Assembly: GCA_965262915.1 (NCBI GenBank)
Contig: OZ253564.1
Coordinates: forward strand, 4,050,909 to 4,114,908
From: Candidatus Spongiisociaceae bacterium
Lineage (GTDB): Bacteria > Actinomycetota > Acidimicrobiia > Spongiisociales > Spongiisociaceae
Reading direction: 5' to 3'
DNA length: 64,000 nucleotides
Below the pieces are notes generated by a model that made no database searches, was not told the DNA's origin, and saw only the letters and a program-made list of their open reading frames with translations. Below, piece after piece: positions 19,886 through 29,625 of the stretch. Within the stretch, counting starts at the first letter, position 1. The number at the start of each line of letters is the position of its first letter. A program made the translations under genes and the position numbers.

Positions 19886-21545
19886 GAACGAAGGACAGCT
19901 AGCATCCGTCCGATGACCGAACTCAGCGCACAGGACGAACACCTTCTCCGGCGGGCCATCGAACTCTCCGCCAGTGCAGCAGCCAAGGGCAACATGGCTT
20001 TCGGCGCCCTGCTCGCCAACCCTGCCGGCAACGTGCTTCTCGAAGCGGAGAACACGACCTTCACCGAGAACAACGCCCTTCGACACGCCGAGACCAACCT
20101 CATCGAGAGGGCGGTCACCACCCTCATGCCAGAACAGATCGCGACCGCCACCCTCTACACCAGTTGCGAACCGTGCGCCATGTGCAGCGGCGCAATGTAC
20201 TGGGGCGGGCTCACCCGGATGGTCTACGCGATGTCCGAACACGACCTCCTGGACATCACCGGGACCAACGAGCACTGCCCGACCATGCGAGGGGTCGGAT
20301 GCAGGAACATCCTCGAAACCGGCCAGCGGCACATCGAGGTAAGCGGACCGCATCTGGTCGGCGAAGCGTGCGCCGTCCAACACGTCTACTTCGGCACACA
20401 ACCCGCGGACGGGCGGTAGTAGGCGAGACCTGACAGATCCCTCACTCGCCGTAGCCCGTTGCACCACACCCGGCTCAAGGCGACCGGCAGACCTGACGAT
20501 GCAACCGGGCGTTCGATCGGATACCCTGACCCGGCCGCAGGGCACGATGGCTAGCATCCGTCCGATGACCGAACTCAGCGCACAGGACTCGCTCCTCCTC
20601 CAACGAGCCATCGAGGTTTCCGCCAGGTCGGTGGCCCATGGGAATATGCCTTTCGGTGCGCTTATGGCCGATCCTGACGGCAACATCCTCCTGGTGGCGG
20701 AGAACACCGGTATCACCGGGCGCAACACCCTCAACCACGCCGAGACCATCCTCATGAACATGGCGGTGACCACCCTGACTCCCGAGCAGATCGCCACCGC
20801 CACCCTCTACACCAGCTGCGAACCCTGCGCCATGTGCAGCGGCGCAATGTACTGGGGCGGGCTCACCCGGATGGTCTACGGCATGAGCGAACTGGACCTG
20901 CTGGAGATCACCGGCGCCGATCCCCGTACCGCAACGATGCGAGGAGTGGGCTGCCGCAACATCCTCAACAGCGGACAGCGCCAAATCGAAGTGAGCGGAC
21001 CCCACCTGGTCGAGGAAGCCTCGGCGGTGCATGTCGACTTCTATGCTGCCGGGCCCCCGGCGAGTATGACGAGCGAACTGAGCGAACAGGACCAACGACT
21101 GCTGCGGCGGGCCATCGAGGTGGCCACCAGATCGGTTGCCAACGGGAACCTTCCCTTCGGCGGGTTGCTGGCCGACCCCGAAGGCAACGTCCTGCTGGAG
21201 GCGGAGAACTCCGACATCACCGGCAAGAGCCCCCTGAACCACGCCGAGACCAACCTGATGAGAATGGCCGTGGAAACCCTCACGCGTGAGCAGATCGCCA
21301 CCGCCACCCTCTACACCAGTTGCGAGCCGTGCGCCATGTGCAGCGGCGCCATGTACTGGGGCGGGCTCAACCGGATGGTCTACGGCATGAGCGAACACGG
21401 TCTGAAGGAGTTCACCGGCGCCAACCCGCTCAACCCGACCATGCGGGGAGTCGGATGCCGCAATATCCTGCAGAGCGGCCAGCGCCACATCGAGGTGAGC
21501 GGACCCCACCTCATCGAGGAAGCTTCGGTGGTGCATCGGGACTTC
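19886..21545 (+). repeat. Tandem triplication of deaminase gene unit (about 650 and 500 bp periods)
   Basis: Near-identical DNA stretches (agctagcatccgtccgatgaccgaactcagcgcacaggac at 19886 and 20547; ccaccctctacaccag(t/c)tgcgaaccgtgcgccatgtgcagcggcgcaatgtactggggcgggctcacccggatggtctacg at about 20150, 20800, 21300). Confidence 0.85.
19913..20419 (+). CDS. TadA/guanine deaminase-like nucleoside deaminase (CDA fold), copy 1
   Basis: HAE...CEPCAMC zinc motifs; 168 aa. Confidence 0.85.
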   Translation: MTELSAQDEHLLRRAIELSASAAAKGNMAFGALLANPAGNVLLEAENTTFTENNALRHAETNLIERAVTTLMPEQIATATLYTSCEPCAMCSGAMYWGGLTRMVYAMSEHDLLDITGTNEHCPTMRGVGCRNILETGQRHIEVSGPHLVGEACAVQHVYFGTQPADGR

Positions 21546-21557
21546 TGGACCAACTGA
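20565..21557 (+). CDS. Tandem double deaminase (two TadA-like CDA domains fused in frame), copies 2 and 3
   Basis: Two full HAE/CEPCAMC domains joined by the linker AAGPPAS; internal Met of domain 3 retained at 21066. Confidence 0.85.
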   Translation: MTELSAQDSLLLQRAIEVSARSVAHGNMPFGALMADPDGNILLVAENTGITGRNTLNHAETILMNMAVTTLTPEQIATATLYTSCEPCAMCSGAMYWGGLTRMVYGMSELDLLEITGADPRTATMRGVGCRNILNSGQRQIEVSGPHLVEEASAVHVDFYAAGPPASMTSELSEQDQRLLRRAIEVATRSVANGNLPFGGLLADPEGNVLLEAENSDITGKSPLNHAETNLMRMAVETLTREQIATATLYTSCEPCAMCSGAMYWGGLNRMVYGMSEHGLKEFTGANPLNPTMRGVGCRNILQSGQRHIEVSGPHLIEEASVVHRDFWTN

Positions 21558-21647
21558 CCCATAGCGGTCTTGACAAGGTCTGATGCGGAACCGAACGAGC
21601 GGGCCCGGTCAGTGGGCATGCGGTGCTGACTTGCCTTAATAGTGACG

Positions 21648-21665
21648 CTTGCGCAAATGCGCAAG
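21648..21665. promoter_or_regulatory. Perfect inverted repeat CTTGCGCA-AA-TGCGCAAG, candidate operator
   Basis: Read directly; positioned 20 nt upstream of the Met of the HTH gene at 21685. Confidence 0.4.
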
Positions 21666-21684
21666 TAGTGGTATAACAGCAATC

Positions 21685-22749
21685 ATGCAAATCCCTCGCG
21701 AACCCATAGCAATTCAGGAAGCTGCCGCACGCCTCGTCGAAATCTTTGCTGTACCCGACCTATCTGAGGATACGAGGTCTGGGGCTCGCACCGATGACGG
21801 TCGCGTGTGGGATGCCGTTTTCGCCATCCGAGGCCACTCCTTTGTATTGGAATGGAAAAGGTCAGGCTCTCTTGGCCCAGTGGCTAGCGCAATCCGCCAG
21901 TTGAGGATGGCCCAAGGCAGCTTTCCGCACCCGGTGATCCCACTTCTGGCAGTCCCATACATGGGAAAGGCCGCGCAAGAGCGCTGCGCGCAGGCCGAAC
22001 TTCCGTGGCTCGATCTCTCAGGAAATGCCAGAATCGTTGTTCCTGGCATCTTCTACCAAAACCTGGGGAATCCCAACCGGTTTCGCAGGCCCGGACGGCC
22101 CGAGAGCGCTTTCGGACCAAAGGGTTCTCGCATAGCAAGGTTGTTGCTCACGGAACCCTCCAGAGCCATGATGCAGCGCGCCATAGCCTCGGGCACCGGA
22201 GTAGACGAAGGACACACGAGCCGGGTCGTAGGCAAGCTCTTGGAAGCTGACTTGGTCGAGCGAGGAGAGGATGGCATCAGCGTCACAGACCCCGGGACGC
22301 TGCTCGACGCTTGGCGGGAAGTGTACAGATTTGACCGGCATCATGTGATCCGCGGCCACATCTCATCTCGAGGAGGTGACTCTCTGACCCATATCATCGC
22401 CGATACCTTGTCCAAGGCCGACGTGCGGTATGCAGCGACGGCCCTCCCCGCAGCATGGTTGTGGACGCGTTATGCACGATTCCGTCTCTCAACCGTGTAC
22501 CTACCAACTCCCCCTTCGAAAGGCATTCAGAAGGACCTCGGGTTTCGAGAAGAACCTCGAGGAGCAAACACCTGGCTGGTCGTGCCCAACGACGAAGGCG
22601 TCTTCCACGGAGCGGAGTTGGTCGACGGCATACGTTGCGTCCATCCGGTGCAGGCCTATCTCGACCTGAAGGACCATCCCGAAAGATCGACGGAAGCCGC
22701 TGCAGAACTCCGAAGCCGGGTCCTCTTCCGGAGCGACGATGATCTCTAA
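21685..22749 (+). CDS. AbiEi-like antitoxin/regulator candidate with central winged HTH and possible N-terminal PD-(D/E)xK-like motif
   Basis: wHTH-like segment SRIARLLLTEPSRAMMQRAIASGTGVDEGHTSRVVGKLLEADLVERG; D-x12-EWK near N-terminus; 11-nt overlap with downstream NTase gene; low-GC island. Confidence 0.45.
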   Translation: MQIPREPIAIQEAAARLVEIFAVPDLSEDTRSGARTDDGRVWDAVFAIRGHSFVLEWKRSGSLGPVASAIRQLRMAQGSFPHPVIPLLAVPYMGKAAQERCAQAELPWLDLSGNARIVVPGIFYQNLGNPNRFRRPGRPESAFGPKGSRIARLLLTEPSRAMMQRAIASGTGVDEGHTSRVVGKLLEADLVERGEDGISVTDPGTLLDAWREVYRFDRHHVIRGHISSRGGDSLTHIIADTLSKADVRYAATALPAAWLWTRYARFRLSTVYLPTPPSKGIQKDLGFREEPRGANTWLVVPNDEGVFHGAELVDGIRCVHPVQAYLDLKDHPERSTEAAAELRSRVLFRSDDDL

Positions 22750-23605
22750 GCCATCGACCGCTGACGGGTACGACTACGAGCAGTTAGGCCTTGTCCGTAG
22801 CACATGCCTCTACATTGCAACGAAGCTCGGCGATCTGCTTGACGAAATCGTTGTCGTCGGCGGCCTGGTACCCGACCTCCTTATTGACAAGGCCGACCTG
22901 CCGTCAGGTTTGGAACCTCACGCGGGCACGATGGATCTGGACATGGGGGTGGCGTTAGCAATGCTGAATCACGAGCGCTATCGAGAACTGAGCATGAGAT
23001 TGCGGGACGCAGGATTCAAGCCGGACCTCAACGTACATGGCAGGATGAGATTACAGACTTGGACAGGACGCCCGGCTTACCATGTCTCAGTAGACTTCCT
23101 GATTCCTCCCACCGCCGACTCGGATCAGGGAGGCCGGCTTCTTCACATCGAATCTGACCTGGCCGCAGTAGTGACACCAGGTCTCGAATTGGCCTTTCAA
23201 GGCCGACGCCAGCTAGAACTGTCCGGCCGCACTCCTTCCGGCGCATCCGCCACAAGGACCATTCCGGTATGCAATCCAGGGGCGTTCACCGTTCTAAAAG
23301 CACTGGCCTTCGGGAACAGGGCAGAGAACAAAGACGCATACGACCTCTTCTACGTATGGAGTGGGGTTGGAATCCCCGAAGTTGTGAAGAGCCTGACTGC
23401 TCTGCAACCCAGCGGCTACATCGACGATGCGCTTGAGGTTGTTGCCAGAGACTTCTGTAACCACGATGGGCTTGGCCCCTTAGCAACGGCAGAATTCATC
23501 ATGAGGGGGCCCGACGACAACGTACAAGCAGACGTCGTCGGCCGCGCTCTGGAGCTTCTCCGTGGCATGGGGACGGCTCTGACTCGGACTTCCACGCCAC
23601 ATTGA
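22739..23605 (+). CDS. Pol-beta superfamily nucleotidyltransferase, AbiEii/DUF1814-like toxin candidate
   Basis: VVGGLVP...GTMDLDMGV (GG...hDhDh NTase motif), 288 aa typical of AbiEii. Confidence 0.6.
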   Translation: MISKPSTADGYDYEQLGLVRSTCLYIATKLGDLLDEIVVVGGLVPDLLIDKADLPSGLEPHAGTMDLDMGVALAMLNHERYRELSMRLRDAGFKPDLNVHGRMRLQTWTGRPAYHVSVDFLIPPTADSDQGGRLLHIESDLAAVVTPGLELAFQGRRQLELSGRTPSGASATRTIPVCNPGAFTVLKALAFGNRAENKDAYDLFYVWSGVGIPEVVKSLTALQPSGYIDDALEVVARDFCNHDGLGPLATAEFIMRGPDDNVQADVVGRALELLRGMGTALTRTSTPH

Positions 23606-23962
23606 ACACTCTCCTCGGGAAAGAAGAGCCAGATGGTCAGCCACGACCCCGCCCTCGTCATCGCTGTCGGCGATCCGCTCCCGGTCGCCACGCTGTCCGC
23701 GACGTGGTCGTGGGCTCGTCGTCCCATCCCTTAATCGTCGCCACGCCGGTGAGGGTGTGTCCGAAACGTCGCTGCTTCCGGCGGGGTCAGTTCCCGACTC
23801 GAGCCGCATAGGCAAAGCCACCAACGGTTGGCCTCCGCCGCTGCCGGTCCTCGCTCGGACCAGCAGCTAGCATCACCACGTCGTTCGTGGTCTCCGGCCT
23901 CGCGCGTTGCCACTGATCGTGCATGCCGGGAACAGCGCAAAGATTCTCACAAAGGAACGGAC

Positions 23963-25138
23963 ATGCTCGATGTGGACCCTGTTGTAGTGGTTGGGGCGGC
24001 GCGGACCGCCATCGGAACGTACGGCGGCTCGCTAAGCAAGATCGACTCCTACAAGCTCGGCGCCATAACCGTCAAGGAGTCATTGAGTCGAGCGGGCGTC
24101 GAGGTCGGAGAGGTCGACGAAGTGGTGATGGGCCAGATCGGCCAGGTGGGTCCGGACGCCTACAACGCCCGCCGGTGTGCGCTCGAGGCGGGTCTTCCGT
24201 CGTCCACCACCGCCATGAACGTAAACCGGCTGTGCTCGTCGGGCCTCCAGGCCATCGTCACCGGCGCTCAGCAGATCATGCTGGGAGAGGCGGACATCGT
24301 TGTCGCCGGGGGCAACGAGAACATGAGCAGCCAGCCCTTTCTCGACTACCAGGCTCGTGATGGTTGGAGGCTCGGAACCCGGAAGTCCATCGACGGAACC
24401 CTCTCGCTGGTGACCGATCCTTTCGGCGGCTACCCGATGGGCGTCACCGCGGAAAAGGTGGCCGAGCGCTACGGGGTGGGCCGCCGGGAGCAGGACCGGT
24501 TCGCCGCCGAGAGCCAGTACCGCGCTGCCATAGCCATCAAGGAAGGCCAGTTCGAGGACCAGATCGTCGAGGTGGACCGCCCCAAGGACGACCCGTTCCT
24601 GGTCGACGAGCACCCGAGGCCGAACACCACCGAGGAGAGCCTCGCCCGGCTCCGCCCGGTGTTCGTCAGAGACGGGACCGTGACGCCCGGAAACTCGTCG
24701 GGCATCAACGACGGCGCCGCTTCGGTAGTGCTCATGAGCGAGAAGCTGGCCGAAGCCCGCGGCAGTGAACCCCTACTTCGACTGGTGGCCTGGGCGGTCA
24801 GCGGTATCGACCCGGAGGTGATGGGCTACGCCCCCGCTCTCGCTATCCCGAAGGTTCTCGACAAGGCCGGCCTGACCCTCGACGACATCGACCTGATCGA
24901 GCTCAACGAGGCGTTCGCAGCCCAGGCGGTGGCCGTGATCCGGGACGCGGGCCTCGATCCTGAGAAGACCAACGTGTCGGGAGGTGCCATAGCGCTGGGG
25001 CACCCAGTCGGGGCCACCGGGACGATCCTGACCATCAAGCTGCTGCACGCTCTCGAGCGGATGGACGGCCGGCGCGGCGTCGTGACGATGTGCATCGGGG
25101 GCGGCCAGGGCATGGCGGCGATCTTCGAGCGCCCTTGA
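23963..25138 (+). CDS. Acetyl-CoA C-acetyltransferase (thiolase II)
   Basis: 391 aa; thiolase motifs NRLCSSGLQA, C-terminal CIGGGQG; AAAGGAACGG RBS. Confidence 0.95.
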   Translation: MLDVDPVVVVGAARTAIGTYGGSLSKIDSYKLGAITVKESLSRAGVEVGEVDEVVMGQIGQVGPDAYNARRCALEAGLPSSTTAMNVNRLCSSGLQAIVTGAQQIMLGEADIVVAGGNENMSSQPFLDYQARDGWRLGTRKSIDGTLSLVTDPFGGYPMGVTAEKVAERYGVGRREQDRFAAESQYRAAIAIKEGQFEDQIVEVDRPKDDPFLVDEHPRPNTTEESLARLRPVFVRDGTVTPGNSSGINDGAASVVLMSEKLAEARGSEPLLRLVAWAVSGIDPEVMGYAPALAIPKVLDKAGLTLDDIDLIELNEAFAAQAVAVIRDAGLDPEKTNVSGGAIALGHPVGATGTILTIKLLHALERMDGRRGVVTMCIGGGQGMAAIFERP

Positions 25139-25185
25139 CCGTATCCGCAGGCAGGTTCACCGGGGACATAGCCGCTGTCACCGAA

Positions 25186-26022
25186 ATGCTCGCCGGCCAG
25201 GCCTACCTGGCCGACCGGGGGCTGTCCACCGCCATCTACCTGTCGCTCACGCTGCCCCAACCGCTCCTGCTCGAGGGCGAGGCCGGTGTCGGGAAGACGG
25301 AGGTCGCCAAGGCCCTGGCGAGCGGGCTCGGCATCGACCTCATCCGCTTGCAGTGCTACGAGGGGATCGACGCCAACCAGGCTCTCTACGAGTGGGACTA
25401 CCCCCGCCAACTGCTCTACATGAGGCGAGCCGCCGAGGCCGGACTGGACGGCGAAGGACCGGATGAGCTCTTCGCCGAACGCTTCCTGGTCGAGCGCCCG
25501 TTGCTGCAGGCGGTAAGGAAAGGCTCCGGTTGCGTGCTGCTGATCGACGAGATCGACCGGGCCGACGACGAGTTCGAGGCGTTCCTCCTCGAGATCCTGT
25601 CCGACTTCCAGATCTCGATTCCCGAGATCGGCACGGTGCGGGCCTCCCGCCCGCCGATCGTGATCATCACGTCCAACCGCACCCGCGAGCTGCACGACGC
25701 ATTGAAGCGCCGCTGCCTCTATCACTGGATCGACTTCCCGAGCCTGGAACGAGAAGTCGAGATCGTGACCGTCCGCGCGCCGGAGGTAGCGGGACGGCTC
25801 GCTCGGAGCACCAGCCGGGTAGTTTCGAGGCTGCGAGGGCTGGAACTCGTGAAGCAGCCCGGCGTGGCGGAGACGATCAACTGGGCCCGGGCGTTGAACC
25901 AACTGGGCGAGGAACGGGTAACCGACGAGAACCTCGATATCAGCCTGGGAGCGGTGATCAAGGACCACGACGATCTGTCCACGGTCCGGGGTCGCGCGAA
26001 CGAGATACTGGATGGGATCTGA
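25186..26022 (+). CDS. MoxR-family AAA+ ATPase (CoxD-like)
   Basis: Walker A LLLEGEAGVGKT, Walker B LLIDEIDR; possible earlier TTG start at 25135. Confidence 0.9.
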   Translation: MLAGQAYLADRGLSTAIYLSLTLPQPLLLEGEAGVGKTEVAKALASGLGIDLIRLQCYEGIDANQALYEWDYPRQLLYMRRAAEAGLDGEGPDELFAERFLVERPLLQAVRKGSGCVLLIDEIDRADDEFEAFLLEILSDFQISIPEIGTVRASRPPIVIITSNRTRELHDALKRRCLYHWIDFPSLEREVEIVTVRAPEVAGRLARSTSRVVSRLRGLELVKQPGVAETINWARALNQLGEERVTDENLDISLGAVIKDHDDLSTVRGRANEILDGI

Positions 26023-27154
26023 GCCCGGACCGACCGCGGAGTTGGTCCGGTTCGGACGCTTGCTACGCGCCCACGGCGCCAACGTGGGCGCCGGACAGGT
26101 CCTGTCCTACACGAGGGCGGTAGCCGACCTCGATCCGGCCGGCATCGATGACCTCTACTGGGCGGGCCGGATCACCCTCGTCAACCGGATGGTCGATCTG
26201 GCTATCTACGACGCCGTCTTCGACGCTTTCTTCATCGGTTCGGAGAACGACTCGCCTCCGCCCCTCCTGCCGCTGGCCAGCGCCGACGGAGACGACGGAG
26301 ATCCGGCATCGGTCTCCTTCGGCACCGACCGCCAGGAGATCGAGCTGCTCGATGTTGGGGACGAGGAACTTCCGGCCGCCGGAGGGCCCCGGGCCTCGAG
26401 CGCCGAGGTGCTGCGAACCAAGCACTTCGACCGGTGGACCGACGAGGAGTTCCGCCGACTGGCTCGCCTGCTCCCCGGTCTCCGACTTCCGCAGAAACGC
26501 AGCCGCCGCACCCGCCCCTCCCCGAGAGGCCCGCGCATCGACCTGCGCCGCAGCGTCCGCCACTCCCTCCGCTACGAGGGTGACCTGATCCATCTCCGCC
26601 GGCGGATACGCGTGGAACGGCCCCGGCCGATCGTCCTGATCGTCGATGTCTCCGGATCGATGGCCGGTTTCTCGCGGGCTCTGGTCCAGTTCTCCTACGG
26701 GATGAGCCGGGCCTCCCAACGGGTGGAGGTATTCTGCTTCGGCACCAGGCTCACCCGCCTCACGAACGCCATGCGGGTCCGCGATCCCAACTCAGCACTG
26801 GACGAAGCGACCGAGTTGGTGGTCGACTGGGACGGGGGCACCAGGATCGGCGAGTCGCTGGGCGCCTACGTGACGAGGTGGGGCAAGTACCGGTTCAACC
26901 GCGGGGCGGTCGTGATCATCTGCTCCGACGGCTTGGAGCGGGGCGAGCCGGACCGGCTGGCATGGGCCATGCAGCGCCTGTCGCGCCAGGCCTACGCCGT
27001 CATATGGGTGAACCCGCTGGCCGGCGACCCGAAGTTCCAGCCGCTGGCGCGGGGACTGGTGGCCGCCCTGCCGTTCGTCGACGAGTTGATCGCTGGACAC
27101 AACATCGAGGGTCTCGAGGACCTAGCCCGAGTCCTCGCAGGCTGGGCGGCGTAA
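26012..27154 (+). CDS. vWA-domain protein, CoxE-like (MoxR partner)
   Basis: MIDAS IVLIVDVSGSMAG; overlaps MoxR gene end; 380 aa. Confidence 0.9.
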   Translation: MGSEPGPTAELVRFGRLLRAHGANVGAGQVLSYTRAVADLDPAGIDDLYWAGRITLVNRMVDLAIYDAVFDAFFIGSENDSPPPLLPLASADGDDGDPASVSFGTDRQEIELLDVGDEELPAAGGPRASSAEVLRTKHFDRWTDEEFRRLARLLPGLRLPQKRSRRTRPSPRGPRIDLRRSVRHSLRYEGDLIHLRRRIRVERPRPIVLIVDVSGSMAGFSRALVQFSYGMSRASQRVEVFCFGTRLTRLTNAMRVRDPNSALDEATELVVDWDGGTRIGESLGAYVTRWGKYRFNRGAVVIICSDGLERGEPDRLAWAMQRLSRQAYAVIWVNPLAGDPKFQPLARGLVAALPFVDELIAGHNIEGLEDLARVLAGWAA

Positions 27155-27206
27155 ACCCGGCGGGTCAACATGGTCGCTGTCCCTGCCGGCCGCCGGCAGA
27201 GGCACC

Positions 27207-27662
27207 TTGTGGACCTTGCCACCACACCACCGTCGCGCACCGATGGTCACTGTCGCGCCGAGTGGTCGGGCCATGGTGATCGTCTCGTCTCGATCTGTGA
27301 TGGGCACGCGCTCAGCCGATCTGTTCGACAACGCCGCCACCCTGACCAGCTACTCAAACCTCAGCGACATGATTGGCGGCATAGCCGCACCGCCCGACCT
27401 CGTGATCCCCGAGTTCTCGATAGCCGAGCGCGGCCTGGGCGATTACACCGCCGCACCCAGCGCAGTCGATTTCGTCGGGAACCGGATAACCCCCGACAGT
27501 GACTCCCACCGAAACGAAGACAGGCCGGCTGTGTACATCGTGATCGAAGGTTCCCGCCAAGACGGGGGCAAAGGAGCCGTCGTCAACTGGTGGGGCCCAG
27601 GTGTGGGCGTTGTTGTGGCCGTTGTGACGTGCTATTTGATACCGCTGCTCCCCAAGCCCTGA
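27207..27662 (+). CDS. Hypothetical protein
   Basis: ORF with plausible composition following coxE-like gene; no recognised domain. Confidence 0.3.
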   Translation: MWTLPPHHRRAPMVTVAPSGRAMVIVSSRSVMGTRSADLFDNAATLTSYSNLSDMIGGIAAPPDLVIPEFSIAERGLGDYTAAPSAVDFVGNRITPDSDSHRNEDRPAVYIVIEGSRQDGGKGAVVNWWGPGVGVVVAVVTCYLIPLLPKP

Positions 27663-27864
27663 ATCGACCAGCTTGCACCCTGGGGCGTCGGGCAACTTAC
27701 AGGAATGTTTCCAGAACTCCGCCGCGGCTGTTCTGTAGGAGAGGCGGGCTTGGCCGGTCGGTTCGTACAGGTAACGCCGGGCCGGGGCGGTGCGGGTCCG
27801 CCACCGGGTCAGGAACAGGGGACCGGTGGTCCGGTCTGCGAGGTAGCGGCCGAGGAGGCGGGCG

Positions 27865-28389
27865 GTGGGCGCCGCCCACACGACCATGTCTGTGTTGCCG
27901 CCCTTGGAACGGATACGGGCCCGCCGCCGCGCTCGGTCCAGGTCCTCCGAGTCTTCGGTATCAGAACAGTCAGAGATCGGCCCCAGCTATGCCCGGCAAG
28001 CCAGCACGGAGAACGGTTCGGGTTGGGTAGTGCGGTTTGAGAACTCGATCTCGTCGAACGTAGGTGCGGCCGACTGGGTTAGGTACGACTACGCTTACAC
28101 GAAGAGGTTGTCCGGTGCCGGAGACTATCTGGCGCATGCTCATGCGACCCTCATCGAGGGGGACTCCTACGAGGGGGAGCAGGTGTTCAGCGCGTTTACC
28201 GACTCGTGCGCGACGAAAACCAAGGTCAACGGGCAAGCCAAAACATGTCGCTCATCGAAATACGACACTGGGCCCGGGGAAGAGTGGCTCGTCGTATCGG
28301 ATCACACCTACGACGACGGCAATGACGGGGACAACGACGCATCTATCGCAGGCGAGTTGGACTGGGTGTGGACGGCGTCGAGCAGTTGA
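27865..28389 (+). CDS. Hypothetical protein (Asp/Gly-rich C-terminus)
   Basis: ORF in moderately low-GC stretch; no recognised domain. Confidence 0.3.
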   Translation: MGAAHTTMSVLPPLERIRARRRARSRSSESSVSEQSEIGPSYARQASTENGSGWVVRFENSISSNVGAADWVRYDYAYTKRLSGAGDYLAHAHATLIEGDSYEGEQVFSAFTDSCATKTKVNGQAKTCRSSKYDTGPGEEWLVVSDHTYDDGNDGDNDASIAGELDWVWTASSS

Positions 28390-29492
28390 CTCCCGAACGT
28401 TCCCTTCGTCTCGCAAGATGGGCGACCGTATTGGCTCTTCTCGTAGTGGCATGTGAGTCGGGGGTCCACGACGGACCCCCGACTCACGTTACGGCAGGCG
28501 GAAACAGCGCAACCGCATTGTCCGAAACCGACGACAGGCACGACGAGACGGCCGTGCCGGAGCCGCGGCGCGACACAACCGTTCCCGACGAGTCCCCTGC
28601 GACGACGACACCAACAGACCCTGACGCCAACACACCCCCAGAACCCTCCGGACGGGTAGTAGTCCCGTCTCTGTACGGACCGACCCTTGTGACCCCGATA
28701 GACCTCCAGGCCGGAATCGACACGCTCGATCCCGGCGACGCGGACGTGTTCGGCTGGCGGCCTGAGACCCCCGAGGACCTACCCGCAACCGCGTACCGGG
28801 TTGCTGTCTTCGGCAGGGGAGAACACGCCGACCCGCCACGACGGCCCACAGAGTTGATCGTCGCTGGCCGATGGCCGAGACCGATCAGAGCGAACGTGCT
28901 GTGTCTGGTAGACGCCGCACAGGTTCGGTGCTCGGAGCACGCAGCCGTGTGGAGGGTGGAGTTCGACGAACCGTCAATGGCCTTCCTGGAACTGCCAGAA
29001 ACCCAAGACCGACGCGACATCATCTTTGTCGAGGAACGGGACAGCCGACCCGAAGGAGTCATACCGGCATCACGACCACGACCCATAGACGGATGGGATG
29101 TTCCCATCGGGACAGTCGGGGACCCGCTGCCGGAAGTCACCAACCCCCTCGGCGGATGCGACTGGGTTCTGTTCATGAACAGCCTCGAACCGCGGGAGAC
29201 GTTCACACCCATGAGAACCAGACCCCCCGGCCCCGTCTACATGGTCATCAGCGTATGCGACGACCACCCGTCAAGCTACGAGATGGTCCCGCTAATCGTG
29301 GTGAACGAAACCACCGTCGCCCAAGTCGACGCATTCCAACCCTTCATCGCCCAACCAGGCGCCACCTACGCGTGGAAACTACCCGACACGCTACTCGACA
29401 CCACAAACACGATCAGAGCAGCAATCATCCGCAGAGCCCCAGCCGGAGGGTTTTGGATCACCCACCCGCTGGTCGCAAACACAGAACCGTGA
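28368..29492 (+). CDS. Hypothetical lipoprotein
   Basis: Signal peptide with lipobox LLVVACESG; Pro/Thr-rich linker; 374 aa. Confidence 0.6.
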   Translation: MDGVEQLTPERSLRLARWATVLALLVVACESGVHDGPPTHVTAGGNSATALSETDDRHDETAVPEPRRDTTVPDESPATTTPTDPDANTPPEPSGRVVVPSLYGPTLVTPIDLQAGIDTLDPGDADVFGWRPETPEDLPATAYRVAVFGRGEHADPPRRPTELIVAGRWPRPIRANVLCLVDAAQVRCSEHAAVWRVEFDEPSMAFLELPETQDRRDIIFVEERDSRPEGVIPASRPRPIDGWDVPIGTVGDPLPEVTNPLGGCDWVLFMNSLEPRETFTPMRTRPPGPVYMVISVCDDHPSSYEMVPLIVVNETTVAQVDAFQPFIAQPGATYAWKLPDTLLDTTNTIRAAIIRRAPAGGFWITHPLVANTEP

Positions 29493-29625
29493 CCAAACGA
29501 ACCGACCACCACGGCGGATGCCAGAACCAACCACCACAGAAAATAGGGGGGTAGCGTACCGGCCAGCCCGCGAAGCGGCCACACCCGTAGACAGCACACG
29601 CGGGTCAGTCCACGGAGAGACCAAG

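Noticed and set aside
23640-23960. Recurrence of gctagcatc motif (23868) as a possible fourth deaminase-repeat boundary or att-like site flanking the AbiE-like islet
   Set aside because: Only 9-10 bp shared and contains a GCTAGC palindrome; too short to distinguish from chance.
27354-27887. Possible tyrosine-recombinase remnant (ARLLGRYLADRTTGPLFLTRW...RLSYRTAAAEFWKH) that would mark an island boundary
   Set aside because: Only a vague resemblance to the integrase C-terminal region; no R-H-R-Y residues identifiable; competing plus-strand ORF equally unconvincing. Left unannotated.
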